The notes: a model not told the origin generated them from the letters alone. A DNA stretch of 64,000 nucleotides from Octopus vulgaris (GCA_951406725.2 OX597815.1:31248001-31312000), one strand, 5' to 3'; counted from the stretch's first letter, positions 1 to 12,836 are shown. Numbers and translations are program-made.

Positions 1-769
1 ACCATCTCCGTCGATCATTGGTTTCTGAAATAGACTAGGAAATGTTTCGTACATCATTGTATTGATCAAATCTTCTATTGGTCTGATGATTGAGAGTTTG
101 AAGCTGCTCATAAGTATAGAAACTTTTCTCTATGTCGCTTATTTCACCTACATTTAAATCACTGCAATAGGAAATACAGTTTAATATTTTTACTGAAGTT
201 ATTGTTGCATTTGTTGTTATTTTAGTCGTTGTAATTCTTGTTGCCGTGCAATCAAAGGCGATTCAACCATGTCCATTCCGTATTTTTATTTGAATTTTCC
301 GGGCACAATATATAAAATTTCAATATTCAAAATGCTCTTACTTTTATAAGACTTTAGATTGTAGCTTGAGCAAGACTTGGCTGCTATATCTGGTAGTAGA
401 GCGACCGCATTGTGGTTTCCTCGTTGGCTCAGCTTGTTTAATGTGTAAATTAATGTCGTCGAGGCATTTTTTCTCGGAATATCTTGTATAAGTATTGGTT
501 TACGTATAACATAAGCAATCATTTGATTAACTTCTAATGCTAGACTGGTTCAAATATCCACTAAGAAGAAGCTGCCCTTAATTAACGCAGTAGCTAAGAT
601 ACGAAATAACTATTAATTGCTGAACACTAAAAATTCAGCTAAGACATTTATTTACTGTAGAATCGTCACTTTCGAATGATGTCCATGGGCGGATTTACGA
701 CGGAATGCTTGGTTCTATGTATCGAACTTACGTTCCAATAACGTTCAAACTTGCTTATTTTCATGAAAG

Positions 770-940
770 TGGCGGGCTGATTGAATCATTAGCGTGCCGG
801 ACAAATGCTCAGCAGTATTTCTTTCGGCTCTTTACGTTCTGATTACCAATTCCGACGAAATCGACTTTCATTTCATCTTTCGGAATCGATAAATTAATTA
901 TCAGTCGAGCACTGGGGTGGACATAATCGACCAGCTCCCT
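770..940 (+). mobile_element. Old, diverged copy of tRNA-derived SINE family A
   Basis: Degenerate match along its length to the young copies at 4791/5265 (ggcgggctgattgaatcattagcgtgccgg...tcgataaattaattatcagtcgagcactggggt). Confidence 0.7.
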
Positions 941-3224
941 CCATAATATCTTCAGTCTTTCCTTGTACCTACTGTTTTATCCGGTATCCTCATCCATTTT
1001 AAAGACGGTTCTGTCAAATTCGAAAGAGATTTGGCTACTAATAATTCCAACAAATGGAACTACAGATTATAGGCTCCTTTCTTAGTACATGGTGATAGAG
1101 CATAGTAATAGCATTGTGCCAATAATCCATATTCTGTAAACATGTATACGAAACAGAAACAAAAGCCTACAAACACAGGAAGTTGTGTTTATACAATGCG
1201 TTTGGCGGGTGGAATTGAAGAATAGAACTAAAGAATGAGTGATAATATTTTATTAATACTCAATCATCAAACATATCAAAGAGTTTTCTTATTTATTATT
1301 TTTTTTGCTTTTTTATTTTTTATTTTTTAATATTTATTTATTATTTTTTTACTTCTCTTTAACGGAAGCAGTTTTCGTTTCTAGCTGAAAATCTGCGGTA
1401 TGTGCATTAATAGACAAAAGAATATTACACGCTTGAAGATTTTGACAAGCAGGCATTTGTTTTCGTTCCTTTGTTCAATTTGTTTTGATTTCTCATTTTT
1501 ATTTACAACAACAGTAAAGAATTTTTGTCCTTAATTAAACTTAACGTCGCTCATTCATCCAGAATAGGTGTAAACACAGGAAAATACAACATACAAATTA
1601 ATGTTCTTATTTAATCTCAATTAAACTGATCATTAACGGAAAACAAATTTAGTTTATTTTGGGTAGGAATATTTAAAAATTTTTCTCTCTTTCTCTCCCT
1701 CCCTTCCTTCCTTCCTCCCCCTCTCTCTCTTCTTTACTGCCACAAGTCACAACAACGAATAGAAATGAGAGTAACGGGAAAGAGGGAAAAAAGAGAAAAC
1801 TGTAATATTGTCGTACATCATACCTACTACACAAAATGGCGTAACCTATAGTTTAATACCGATCGCAGCTACTATCATAAGGTGAAGTGATCTATTATTG
1901 CAAAATAAGACAATAAAAAAAGATCTGTATTCGCTTATGCTATTATGTAGCTGGAAAAAAAATAAATTTTTTATAAACAACTGATTAACAAAACAAGAAA
2001 ACAAAAAAAAAAGGACAACAAAAATTTATCGAGCATAATTAATTGTTTGTTGAGTAGATCGGAGAATACAGCAGCTTAAATATAAAGTGATTCAAATAAC
2101 ATTTTGTAACCAGGGGGACATTCATATACCGTAAAACATTTGAGTAACAAAAATGAACAACTCAAAAAATAAAAATTAATTCAATTTTAAAAAAGCTTTT
2201 TTCCAGCTTTCCCAAGTCCCATACCCATTACCTGAGATAACATTATTCTTTCTTTTATAGACTAAAATTATTTTTGTTTTCAGTTTTTCTGCCATAATGA
2301 AAAATACAAATAAAATCGTGAAATCTATATTGTTCTTTAATGATGTTTTTTTTTTTAATGTTCTATATAACTGACGACTGCTACAGTTATCACCACAAAC
2401 AAACGCATACATATCTAATATCGATATAGATGCTCTTTCACCACACATGCACGCACACACACAAACACATTTATCTAACACTTCTCTCTATATATATAAT
2501 GTGTGTGTGTGTGGTATTTAACTCATATATTATCGGTGGTCCTTTCACGTAAACATTTATTATGCTAGAACTCCTTAATGCCGTTTTTTTTTTTGGCTTT
2601 CAGATAGAATTTTCTTCCGCGAAAACGCATGAAACAGTTAGCCTAGGAAAGACAGTCATCTACTACACTGAGCAGCTAAATTTCCTTTAAGCTTCATTTT
2701 ATCACTAAAAAAAGAAGACAATAAAAATTATTGGATTAATGTAAATTTGGATGTACTTTCATTCCCACCATCTTAAGTCCCTCAGACACTAAAGATCAAT
2801 TCTTTTAATTCAGCCATTGTAGAAAAAATTGCCAACTGAAAATTGCAAATGTCTATGTCTTCGGAGTGCATCCGAATTTCTCTAATCTGACAGTAAGGTG
2901 CAAAATCTTAACAGAACATGTGAATTCATTCACTCTAAAGCATTCTTACTTGTACAACGGGTGTGTCAAAAACGGGACAAAATGAAAGAGTTTCGAAATT
3001 CGGTGTTATTTTTTCTTTTTTTCTTTTTCAATTTTTGAACCAGAATAACTTCTTATCACTAATTTGAAACTATGTAAAATCATATATATTCTGAAATGAA
3101 CCTGATGGTGAGTATAGAAAGGTAAAAATACAGCATTTAAAATATTCTAAATATCAATGTTCATCCCTTGAAAATGACTCAAAATGGAAATTCCCATTTA
3201 GAGCGGTGTGGGGGGGGGGGGTGA

Positions 3225-4060
3225 GTTCGGAATCGCGGATATCAATGTGCGATAATTGGAAAACCTTTCAAACCTAAATATCATTGGATATTAACATCTT
3301 GACTATATAACAACAGCAACAATGTGATTGGCAAATGGAACATCATACTTTTATAAAACCTCTATAGATTCAGGGGTTCGAAAAGAAGAAAAATTCTACT
3401 AGTCCCATTAGGGACAATCATAAGAGTTTTCTAAGACTACATTTTCACCTCCAAAGCTGAAGAAATATTAACAACTCACTCTAAAACTTAATTACCACTG
3501 CACTCAAACCCATATACCCAAGGAATATTTTATCTCAAGAGAGACTATATAAAGCCAAGATTAACTTCAATGCATCACAGTCCGACAAGGCTGCGAGCAG
3601 GCAGAATCGTTAGCACGCCGGGTGAAATGCTTAGCGGTATTTCGTCTGCCGCTACGTTCTGAGTTCAAATTCCGCCGAGGTCGACTTTGCCTTTCATCCT
3701 TTCGGGGTCGATTAAATAAGTACCAGTTACGCACTGGGGTCGATGTAATCGATTTAATCCGTTTGTCTGTCCTTGTTTGTCCTCTATGTGTTTAGCCCCT
3801 TGTGGGTAGTAAAGAAATAGGTATTTTGTCTGCCGTTACGTTCTGAGTTCAAATTCCGCCGAGGTCAACTTTGTCTTTCATCGTTTCAGGGTCGATTAAA
3901 TAAAGTACCAGTTACGCACTGGGGTCGATGTAATCGACTTAATCCCTTTGTTTGTCCTCTCTATGTTTAGCCCCTTGTGGACAATAAAGAAATAAATACG
4001 GCTTAGGTGACCGAAACTTCAAACTCACAGTCAGTAATATTCTTGTTTAAGAATAACATA
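3225..4060 (+). mobile_element. Putative Penelope-like terminal-repeat remnant, interrupted by SINE-A at 3588-3997
   Basis: 3485-3587 plus 3998-4060 align with 8230-8400 (aaaacttaattacc...agagactatataaa...aatgcatc...gaccgaaactt). The shared segment carries a decayed hammerhead core. Confidence 0.45.
3588..3997 (+). mobile_element. SINE-A full copy (3588-3819) followed directly by a 5'-truncated second copy (3820-3997)
   Basis: A-box-like gagcaggcagaatcgttag, B-box gagttcaaattcc, central gcctttcatcctttcggggtcgat...aagtaccag, tail gccccttgtgg...aaagaaata. The unit repeats from ggtattt. Confidence 0.9.
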
Positions 4061-4130
4061 CATACATGTGTGTGCGGGAGTATGTATGTCCGTGTGTGTA
4101 TGTAAGTGCGTATATATATATGTATTCATG

Positions 4131-4181
<51 letters not shown>

Positions 4182-4790
4182 GTAGATATTTCTATCTGAT
4201 TGTATTAGATAAGTGAGTGAATGACTAGTGTATGTATATGTTCATATGAGCGAATGGGTCATCTTTTATTCAGCAATTCATTGACATGTAGTCGCGTGCT
4301 GCTTCGTTAACCAATTAATACTTCATTAAAGGCACAGAAGAATCAAATTGGGATTCTAAACCAGCTCATGCATTATGTCTAACACTGAACAATGGAAAGA
4401 AGCCCTTCGAATGGCTTCCACATACTTTTCGTCAACCAATTTCTAGTCACAAATCTATATTGAGTTTGTATTAAATCAGATCCTTTGTACTAATCTAAGA
4501 GCAGTTTATATTGATACTTTTAGTCTAGTTTTAAATAGCTAATAACAGCAAAATTATTAGTTGCTTATTTGTCACGCGTGGAACATTAGATTAATCTAGG
4601 TTTAGGGTAGCGTTTATATTACGTTTATATTAAATCTGTTACTTTGTACCGATGCAAAAGCGGTTTATATTGAAGCGTTTTACTTAGTTTGGTTTTCAAG
4701 AGTCAATAATGGAAGAATTATTAGTTGCTAACTTATAAACATAGACAGAACACTAGTAAGTCTACTAGTAAATCTATTTCTGGAAGTTTA

Positions 4791-5022
4791 AGGCGGCGAG
4801 CTGGCAGAATCGGTAGCACACCGGGCGAAATTCGTAGCCGTATTTCGTCTGTCGTTACGTTCCGAGTTCAAATTCCGCCGAGGTCGACTTTGCCTTTCAT
4901 CCTTTCGGGGTCGATAAATAAAGTACCAGTTTCGCACTGGGGTCGATGTAATCGACTCAATCCCTTTGTCTGTCCTTGTTTGTCCCCTCTATGTTTAGCC
5001 CCTAGTGGGTAGTAAAGAAATA
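4791..5022 (+). mobile_element. SINE-A, young full-length copy
   Basis: ggcggcgagctggcagaatcggtagc (A box), gagttcaaattcc (B box), central domain resembling the Meta/MESC SINE domain (from memory), tail ...gggtagtaaagaaata. Confidence 0.92.
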
Positions 5023-5264
5023 TATATTGAAGCGTTTTACTTGGTTTGGTTTTCAAGAGTTAATAATGGCAGAATTATTAGTTGCTAACTTGTAAACATA
5101 GGCAGAACACTAGTAAGTCTACTAGTAAATCTATTTCTGGAAGTTTAGGTGGAGTAATAGAAATAGATACGTAACAAAATCATTTGAATATCTGGCGCTG
5201 TATAATCTTTCTTTGTTTTCTAGAATAACAAATGCCCTGCTAACATATTATATACGGCCAATGA

Positions 5265-5495
5265 AAGGCGGCGAGCTGGTAGAAACGTTAGCACGCCGGG
5301 CGAAATGCGTAGCCGTATTTCGTCTGTCGTTACGTTCCGAGTTCAAATTCCGCCGAGGTCGACTTTGCCTTTCATCCTTTCGGGGTCGATAAATTAAGTA
5401 CCAGTTACGCACTGGGGTCGATGTAGTCGACTTAATCCCTTTGTCTGTCCTTGTTTGTTCCCTCTTTGTTTAGCCCCTTGTGGGCAATAAAAAAA
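5265..5495 (+). mobile_element. SINE-A, young full-length copy
   Basis: Near-identical to 4791-5022. Confidence 0.92.
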
Positions 5496-6313
5496 TATAT
5501 ATATTAAATCTGTTGCTTTGTACCCATGCAAAAGTGGTTTGAAGCGTTTTACTTGGTTTGATTTTCAAGAGTTAATAATGGCAGAATTATTAGTTGCTAA
5601 CTTGTAAACATAGGCAGAACACTAGTAAGTCTACTAGTAAATCTATTTCTGGAAGTTTAGGTGGAGTAATAGAAATAGATACGTAACAAAATCATTTGCA
5701 TATCTGGCGCTGCATAATCTTTCTTTGTTTTCTCGAATAACAAATGCCCTGCTAACATATTATATACGGCCAATGATACTTCCAAGGCCATTTCTTTAAT
5801 GAAACGTGTTAATGGTTCTTACTTTATGACTAAAACCGCTCCTATTTTCAACACTTAGAGACATTTCTCTCACAATGACCCTTTTCATTTAAATTCCACC
5901 ATCCATGGTCTCACTTTCCATTACTTCGCGGAATTGTCTTCTTTTTTTTTTTGTTTTTACTTCTTTGGTTGTTGTAGAAATAATATGACAGCATATTTAT
6001 ATATTTGTCTATCAACACGCACGCATATACACACGCATATACACACAGACATCTCAGGAACAGAAACACACATATAGATGCATATATGTGTATACATGTA
6101 AATATATTTATATATGCATGCATGTGTGTGTATACATGTGTGTATGTATCTGTGTGTGTGCATATTGTGTGTATGTTTGTATGCAAGCATGCGTGTATAT
6201 CTGTATATGTATAGATTCCAGTCTATTTCAATCTAAGTAATTTATATTTCAGTCCGTATATACATTCCGTTATCTTTCAATCTAAATAATTTATGTATAG
6301 CTACTGTATATTC

Positions 6314-6314
<1 letters not shown>

Positions 6315-6373
<59 letters not shown>

Positions 6374-6445
6374 GTCTATCTGTCTGTCTATCTACCTATC
6401 TATATATCTATCTATCTATTTATCTATTACCTATCTATCTATCTA

Positions 6446-6519
<74 letters not shown>

Positions 6520-6685
6520 CAGCCAGCCAGCCATCTATCTATGTATCTATCAATATTGATCGTTTTTTTTTACGGTCCCTTTTGATCGAAAACCTACCAC
6601 CCCCTGTTTTTCTCCCCAAAAAGTAAAGCTCTACTTTGTAATTTGTCCCCTCTGTGTTCATCTCTGTGTGGCTAATAAGGAAACA

Positions 6686-6732
<47 letters not shown>

Positions 6733-7117
6733 GTGGTAACATATAACAATATTGACCAAGGTTACCGTGGTCTTTTTCGTAAGCTTTTCTTCCCACGGAT
6801 AAACCTTACTTGCTTTCTCCTTTACACCATACATCATGACACTGTGATACACGATCCCTATTGTTCGTTTTTTTTCCTCTTCCCCTTTTTTCTCTTTTTT
6901 CTTCTTTTTTCATTTTTCTTTTCTTTTGTTCCTTTTCTCTTTTTTCTTTTTTTCTTTTCCCTCTTCCTTTTTTTCCCCTTTTACGATCCCTTTTGATCGA
7001 AAACCTACGCCACCTTTTTTTTTTTCATCCCCCAAAAGAAAAGCTCTACCTTGTAACTCGTCCCATCTGTGTGCAGCCCTGTGTGGCCAATAAAGAAACT
7101 TATCTATTTATCTATCA

Positions 7118-7181
<64 letters not shown>
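6315..7181 (+). repeat. (TATC)n microsatellite tracts interrupted by two LINE-like 3' ends
   Basis: Long tatctatc runs at 6315-6540, 6686-6732 and 7100-7181. Confidence 0.9.
6555..7100 (+). mobile_element. Two 5'-truncated copies of a putative LINE 3' UTR (6555-6685 and 6733-7100)
   Basis: Both share ttttacg(g/a)tcccttttgatcgaaaaccta...aaagctctac...gtgtgg(c)...aataa(a/g)gaaac, and both end in (TATC)n. Confidence 0.6.
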
Positions 7182-7182
<1 letters not shown>

Positions 7183-7444
7183 GCATAAATGGTGAAAATA
7201 AAAAGGAAACAAAAATTATAGTGGGCTGTGAATTAAGAATTTGGTGTCGCTTCTATTATTCCCTCTTGAATCATAAGGAAAATTTCTTTTCCCTCGATTG
7301 AATAATAATTTTGAAGTATATAAAATACGCTTTACACGACGCATTTCCTGATGGAATATTCTTCAAAAATAACACTACTGTGGTCCGTATAATGGATTCT
7401 GCATTTAAGAGACATTTGTTTCTCCATTCTTTGGTGGTAAAAAG

Positions 7445-7677
7445 TTGACCTTTGTGGTAAGAAGTTTGCTTCCTAAACACATGGTTCCGTGTTCAGTCCC
7501 ACTGCGTGGTACCTTGCGCAAGTGTCTTCTACTATAGCCCCGGGTCGACCAATGCCTTGTGAGCGGATTTGGTAGACGGAAACTGAATGAAACCCGTCGT
7601 ATATATGTGTGTGTGCATGTGTGTTTGTGTTCGTGAATGTATGTGTGAATGCTTGTGTGTCTGTGTGTGTTTGTGTG

Positions 7678-7761
<84 letters not shown>

Positions 7762-7980
7762 TGAGTGTGTGACTTTGTGTCTGTGTTTCTTCCCCAGCAC
7801 CGCTTAACAACCGGTGTTGGTGTGTTTAGGTCTCCGTAACTTAGCGCCGAAAGAGATCGATAGAATAAGTACCAGACGTAAAAAAAAATGAAATAATGAC
7901 GTTGATTCATTCGATTGAAAATTCAATGCGGTGCCCCAAGATGGCCGCAATATGATGACCAAAACTAGTAAAAGATAAAA
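7445..7980 (+). mobile_element. SINE family B (tRNA head, CORE-like ccttgggcaagtg segment, internal (TG)n)
   Basis: gtggtaagaagtttgcttcc...gttcagtcccactgcgtgg...gtagacggaaactg...(TG)n...gcggtgccccaagatggccgca. Confidence 0.85.
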
Positions 7981-7999
7981 TATACATTCAATTCTTAAG

Positions 8000-8400
8000 G
8001 GCTTAAATACTGGACATTGTAACTTTGACCTTTACATTGTCAAAGCAAGTGGATTAAATCCAATAATACCAAAAGCAACAAAAATACTGTCACCCCTTGT
8101 GCCCAATTAACACCCAGAGGCCTGTTTGCAAAGTTCTACATACATGAATAAATTCTAAACAATAGCATAACCTCAAGTTTAACCAATTAAAATTTCTCCA
8201 AAACACCTTTGCATAACAGGCAACCACAAAAACCTAATTACTACCCCCACTGAAACACACATGCCCATGGAAGATTTTAACTCAACAGAGACTATATAAA
8301 AGCAAGACTAACTCTAATGCATCGTACTCTGACGATGGTTTAGCTGGCCAAAACTTTGAAGTCACTATCAACAACATTTTCCTTTAAAAATAATGAACAT
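8000..8400 (+). mobile_element. Putative Penelope-like terminal-repeat remnant with decayed hammerhead (8326-8362)
   Basis: Homologous to 3485-4060; actCTGACGAtggtttagctggccaaaac. Confidence 0.4.
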
Positions 8401-8471
8401 ACGTATTTATGAATGTCGCGTGGTCGAATTCTTCAGAAGTTCACTTCGCATCAACGAGATTTTGCTTTCTC

Positions 8472-8905
8472 AGGCGTGGCTGTGTGATAACAAGCTTACT
8501 TCCAAACCACATGGTTCTGAGTTCAGTCCCACTGCGTGGCAAGTATCTTCTATTGTACCATAGCCTCGGGCCGACCAACGTCTAATAAGTTCATTTGGTA
8601 GACGAAAACTGAAAGAAGCCCGTCGTATATGTATATATGCATATATATATATATATATTTACGTGTATGTCTTTGAGTCTGTGTTTGTTCTCCACCCACC
8701 ATCACTTGACACTCGGTGTTGGTGTGTTTACATTCCGTAACTTAGCGGTTCGGCAAAAGACCGATAGAATAAGTACCAGGCTTACAAACAATGAGTTCTG
8801 GAGTTAGTTTCTTCGACTAAAAGGAGGTGCTCCAGCATGGGCTAAAAGCCTTCAAGGTGGTACCCCAGCATGGCCGCAGTCAAAAGACATAAAAAAATAA
8901 AAGAA
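8472..8905 (+). mobile_element. SINE-B
   Basis: ggcgtggctgtgtgataac...gttcagtcccactgcgtgg...cccagcatggccgcagtcaaa. Confidence 0.88.
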
Positions 8906-9410
8906 TATGTATATATGGATGTAGCATACTTGAATCCTTAAGAAGTTCACTTCGCAACAGCGAGATCTCGCGTTCGATTCCACTTCATAGCACCTTTATT
9001 TCAGACTAGGGTCTAATCAAGCCTGATGAATAAAATTGCATAAACAGAATATATATGTAAGCCAGCTGATCTGATATAGATTGTACTTGAAATTAAATTG
9101 ACCAGCCTACACCACACTGATTCCATACTATTATTATGTTATGGGTAGATGTGTTGATGGTGTGTTTAGGCATTTAAGTGCTGACTCAAAGGGCAGGGAC
9201 TTCAGTTGGCTGAACACCTGAATTCCCTTCGTCGAAATCGACGGAGACCTATTTACTGATGATGCATATATGTATGCATGCATACTTGTAAGTGTGTGTG
9301 TGTGTGTGTGTGTTTACTGAACATCAAACTAATACATTACTATTGTACGTCCGCTTGCTCGTTGTTAATTTTAATAATTTTAATGTTCGTTTATTTGATT
9401 TGACTATATC

Positions 9411-9812
9411 GGAGTGGCTGTGTGGTAAGTAGCTTGCTTACCAACCACATGGTTCCGGGTTCAGTCCCACTGCGTGATACCTTGGGTATGTGTCTTCTAC
9501 TATAGCCTCGAGCCGACCAAAGCCTTGTGAGTGGCTTTGGTAGACGGAAACTGCAAGAAGCCCGTCGTATATATATATATATATATGTTTGTGTTTGTAT
9601 ATGTTTGTGTGTCTTTGTCCCCCCCAGCATCACTTGACAACCGATACTAATGTGTTCACGTCCCCGTAACTTAGCGGTTCGGTAAAAGGCACCGATAGAA
9701 AAGAAGTAGGCTTACAAAGAGTAAGTCCTGGGGTCGATTTGCTCGACTAAAGGCGGTGCTCCAGCATGGTCACTGTAAAATTACTGAAACAAGTAAAAGA
9801 GTAACGAGTAAG
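9411..9812 (+). mobile_element. SINE-B, full length
   Basis: ggagtggctgtgtggtaag (A box), gggttcagtccc (B box), tail ctgaaacaagtaaaagagt. Confidence 0.9.
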
Positions 9813-9839
<27 letters not shown>

Positions 9840-9843
<4 letters not shown>

Positions 9844-10150
9844 CCTCACCGTCACTGTGACCGACCAGTCTATCAGATGTTGCTACACATCGCTGGTCAC
9901 AATGAGCTTCGCATTGTTTTAGCCTTCCAATGATGCCACCCCGCTGGCTAAGCGAGCAGGCCAACAGAAGAAAGAGTGAGAGAAAGTTGTGGCGAAAGAG
10001 TACAGTAGGGATCGCCACCACTCCCTGCTGGAGGCTCGTGGAACTTTAGATATTTTCGCTCAATAAACACTCACAACGCCCGGTCTGGGAATCGAAACCG
10101 CGATCCTACAACCGCGAGTCCGCTGCCCTAACCACTGGGCCATTGCGCTC

Positions 10151-10153
<3 letters not shown>
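9840..10153 (-). mobile_element. SINE family D head with RTE-like tail
   Basis: Reverse strand gcgcaatggcccagtggttagggcagcggactcgcgg...gtttcgattccc (tRNA-Arg-like), tail ...catctgatagactggtcggtcacagtga. The 3' end abuts (TA)n. Confidence 0.88.
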
Positions 10154-10217
<64 letters not shown>

Positions 10218-10344
10218 ATATATGCATACATACTTGCATGCATACATACACATACATACATGCACAAATACATACATACATACATACATACATACATACA
10301 TTCGTACATACATGCGTACACATGCATGAATGTTTATACGTACA

Positions 10345-10680
10345 TGGGCAACAAGCTGTAACTCCTTAAACACGAATATAGATTATCAGGTCGTTTGCCG
10401 ATCCATTTCCTTTCAACAGTGGAAAATGTTCTTTCTTCCAGAAGTGATGAACTCTTCAATCGACCACTAAATAACTACAGTTTCGCTGTTAGACAATCAT
10501 CGATCTGTTCTTTCTGATAGAAAACATCAATAAGAAAAACTGAAGACTTGGAGGCAACAGGATCAAAAGTAGCTTGGCAGTGTATGCGCCAGGTTCGTTT
10601 AATTATTTCCTTTCGCTGTTCCGATCTGTACGTCTTAAGTAAATCGGTTTCTCCCGCATTAAGCAATAGAAAGGAGCACA
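10345..10680 (-). pseudogene. Possible decayed Tc1/mariner transposase C-terminal fragment
   Basis: Frameshifted translations resemble 'AHTAK' and 'E-D-T-DNLYS-LR-LQLV' segments of Tc1-family transposases; very degenerate. Confidence 0.3.
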
Positions 10681-10786
10681 ATATACATATATACATACAT
10701 ACATACATACATACATACATACATACATACATACATACATAAATACATACATACATATATATATACATACATATATATATATATAT

Positions 10787-10831
<45 letters not shown>

Positions 10832-10967
10832 TATATATATATATATATACATGCATATACAGACACACACAAACACACACAAGCACATGCGCGCATGCAC
10901 ACACACATATGTATGTATGTACATATACGCACATACACATACATACATACATACATACATACACAAA

Positions 10968-11000
<33 letters not shown>

Positions 11001-11724
11001 GTATATATATATATATATACGTATGTATGTACATACATGTGTATGTATGTACATACATTTACACACACAAACATGCGCTTATGTGCGTTTGTGTATCTCT
11101 GTATATGCATGTATATATATATATGCATATATATATATATACATATATGCATATATACATACACATATATATGTGTGAGTGTGTGTATATGTGTGGGAGT
11201 GCGTACATATGTATGCCTCTGTGTGTGTGCGTGTGTATGTGTGTGGTGCGTGTGGGTGTGGTGTGTGTGTGTGTGTGTGGTGTGTGTGTGTGTGTGTGTA
11301 TTGGCCCATACTTAAAAATCTCCATCTATGATTCATACAGCCTTCACGCTAAACAAAGAGCTGTCGTAAGCGCTTTTACCATACAACAGATATTTTGTTT
11401 TACTTCACAGAAAAGATTTGTTCTTTGCTCACGTTTTTGATCCTCGTATCACAAATATATTTTTCTATTTTTCTATTTTCATCATGAAGGAACGTTTCTC
11501 AGTTCTCATTCCAGTTCACCTATGACATCTCCAAGTCCAGCACCAGCTAGGCAAGGCATTGTAGATGTAGCAACAAACATACGAAATCTTAACTACTTAA
11601 AGCAGCGAACATCATGTACGTGCACATACATACATTCAAAATCATACACAAACGTCGAAAACACACAAACACTTACGTACACATATATGTAGGTTTTTTT
11701 TCTTTTTAATATGGAGTAAATAAT

Positions 11725-12381
11725 AGTTTCAAATTATGACACACGGCCAGTAATGTCGGATGTGGAGGTAAGTCGATTATATGAACCCCAGCAAACAATT
11801 AGTATTTAGTCCATCGACACTGAAATGATGAAAGACGAAGTCGACTTCGGCGGAATTTGAACCCAGACCATAAAGACGGACAATACCGCTGAACATTTTG
11901 CTCGGCGGGCTAATAATTCTACCACCTAACCGCCTTTTTTTTGGGTGGGGGGGGTTCAAACTTTGGCACAAAACCAACATTTTCGGAGAAGTGGGTAAAT
12001 CGATTACATCGACCCCAGCACTGAACTGGTACTTATTTTATCGGCCCCAAAATGATGTTGACAAAGTCGACGTCGGTGGAATTTGAACTCAGAACATAAA
12101 GACAGACGAAAAGTTGCTAAGCATTTTACCTAACATGTTAAAGATTCTTATTTCTTTACTGCCCACAAGGGGCTACACACAGATGGGACAAACAAGGACA
12201 GACAAACGGATTAAGTCGATTATATCGACCCCAGTGCGTAACTGGTACTTAATTTATCGACCCCGAAAGGATGAAAGGCAAAGTCGACCTCGGCGGAATT
12301 TGAACTCAGAACGTAGCGGCAGACGAAATACCGCTAAGCATTTCGACCGGCGTGCTAACGATTCTGCCAGCTCGCCGCCTT
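11725..12381 (-). mobile_element. Tandem of two old SINE-A copies plus one young copy (12149-12381)
   Basis: aaagtcgac(c/g/t)tcgg(c/t)ggaatttgaa occurs three times. The young copy has the full tail tatttctttactgcccacaagg. Confidence 0.88.
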
Positions 12382-12836
12382 ATTTGAAGTAAATAATAAT
12401 TTTAGTCACTCTTTGTTCTTGTCACATATACATCAATATTTTCATCAATATCTAGGTATTAATAGTACTTATGTAGAACTGTCAATTTAGAGAGAGCCCA
12501 TTGATGTGAAGTTTCCTTTTTCTGCTTGCTTCGAGAATGTAGTTTTCCCACGTTTAATTATCCACTATGATTATATTTTCTGGTCAAGTTAAATCCATGA
12601 AGTAAATCAATATGTTGTTATTCAACCCATCTGTTTCTCTGCATCGTAAATACTTCCATTGTGAACCGTCAGCAAAAACATCATATCTTAATTATATGTT
12701 ACATTCGTGTCTATTTCTAACATGTAAATATTGGAAGTTTTAGAAAACAAGCGACCACGGAGTTAATGAAAAAATATATGGAAGCACAGGCAAACTGTTT
12801 CCTAGCAGTATTACTTACGAAAAATTTACTACATTA

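Larger units (their letters stand above)
4626..5776 (+). repeat. Nested direct duplications flanking the two SINE-A copies
   Basis: 4666-4790 = 5023-5147 (125 bp). 4626-4790 plus 5148-5264 = 5500-5776 (~280 bp). Confidence 0.95.

Noticed and set aside
4626-5776. CRISPR-like repeat-spacer array
   Set aside because: The repeats are over 100 bp, the intervening sequences are SINEs, and the context is eukaryotic with no cas genes.
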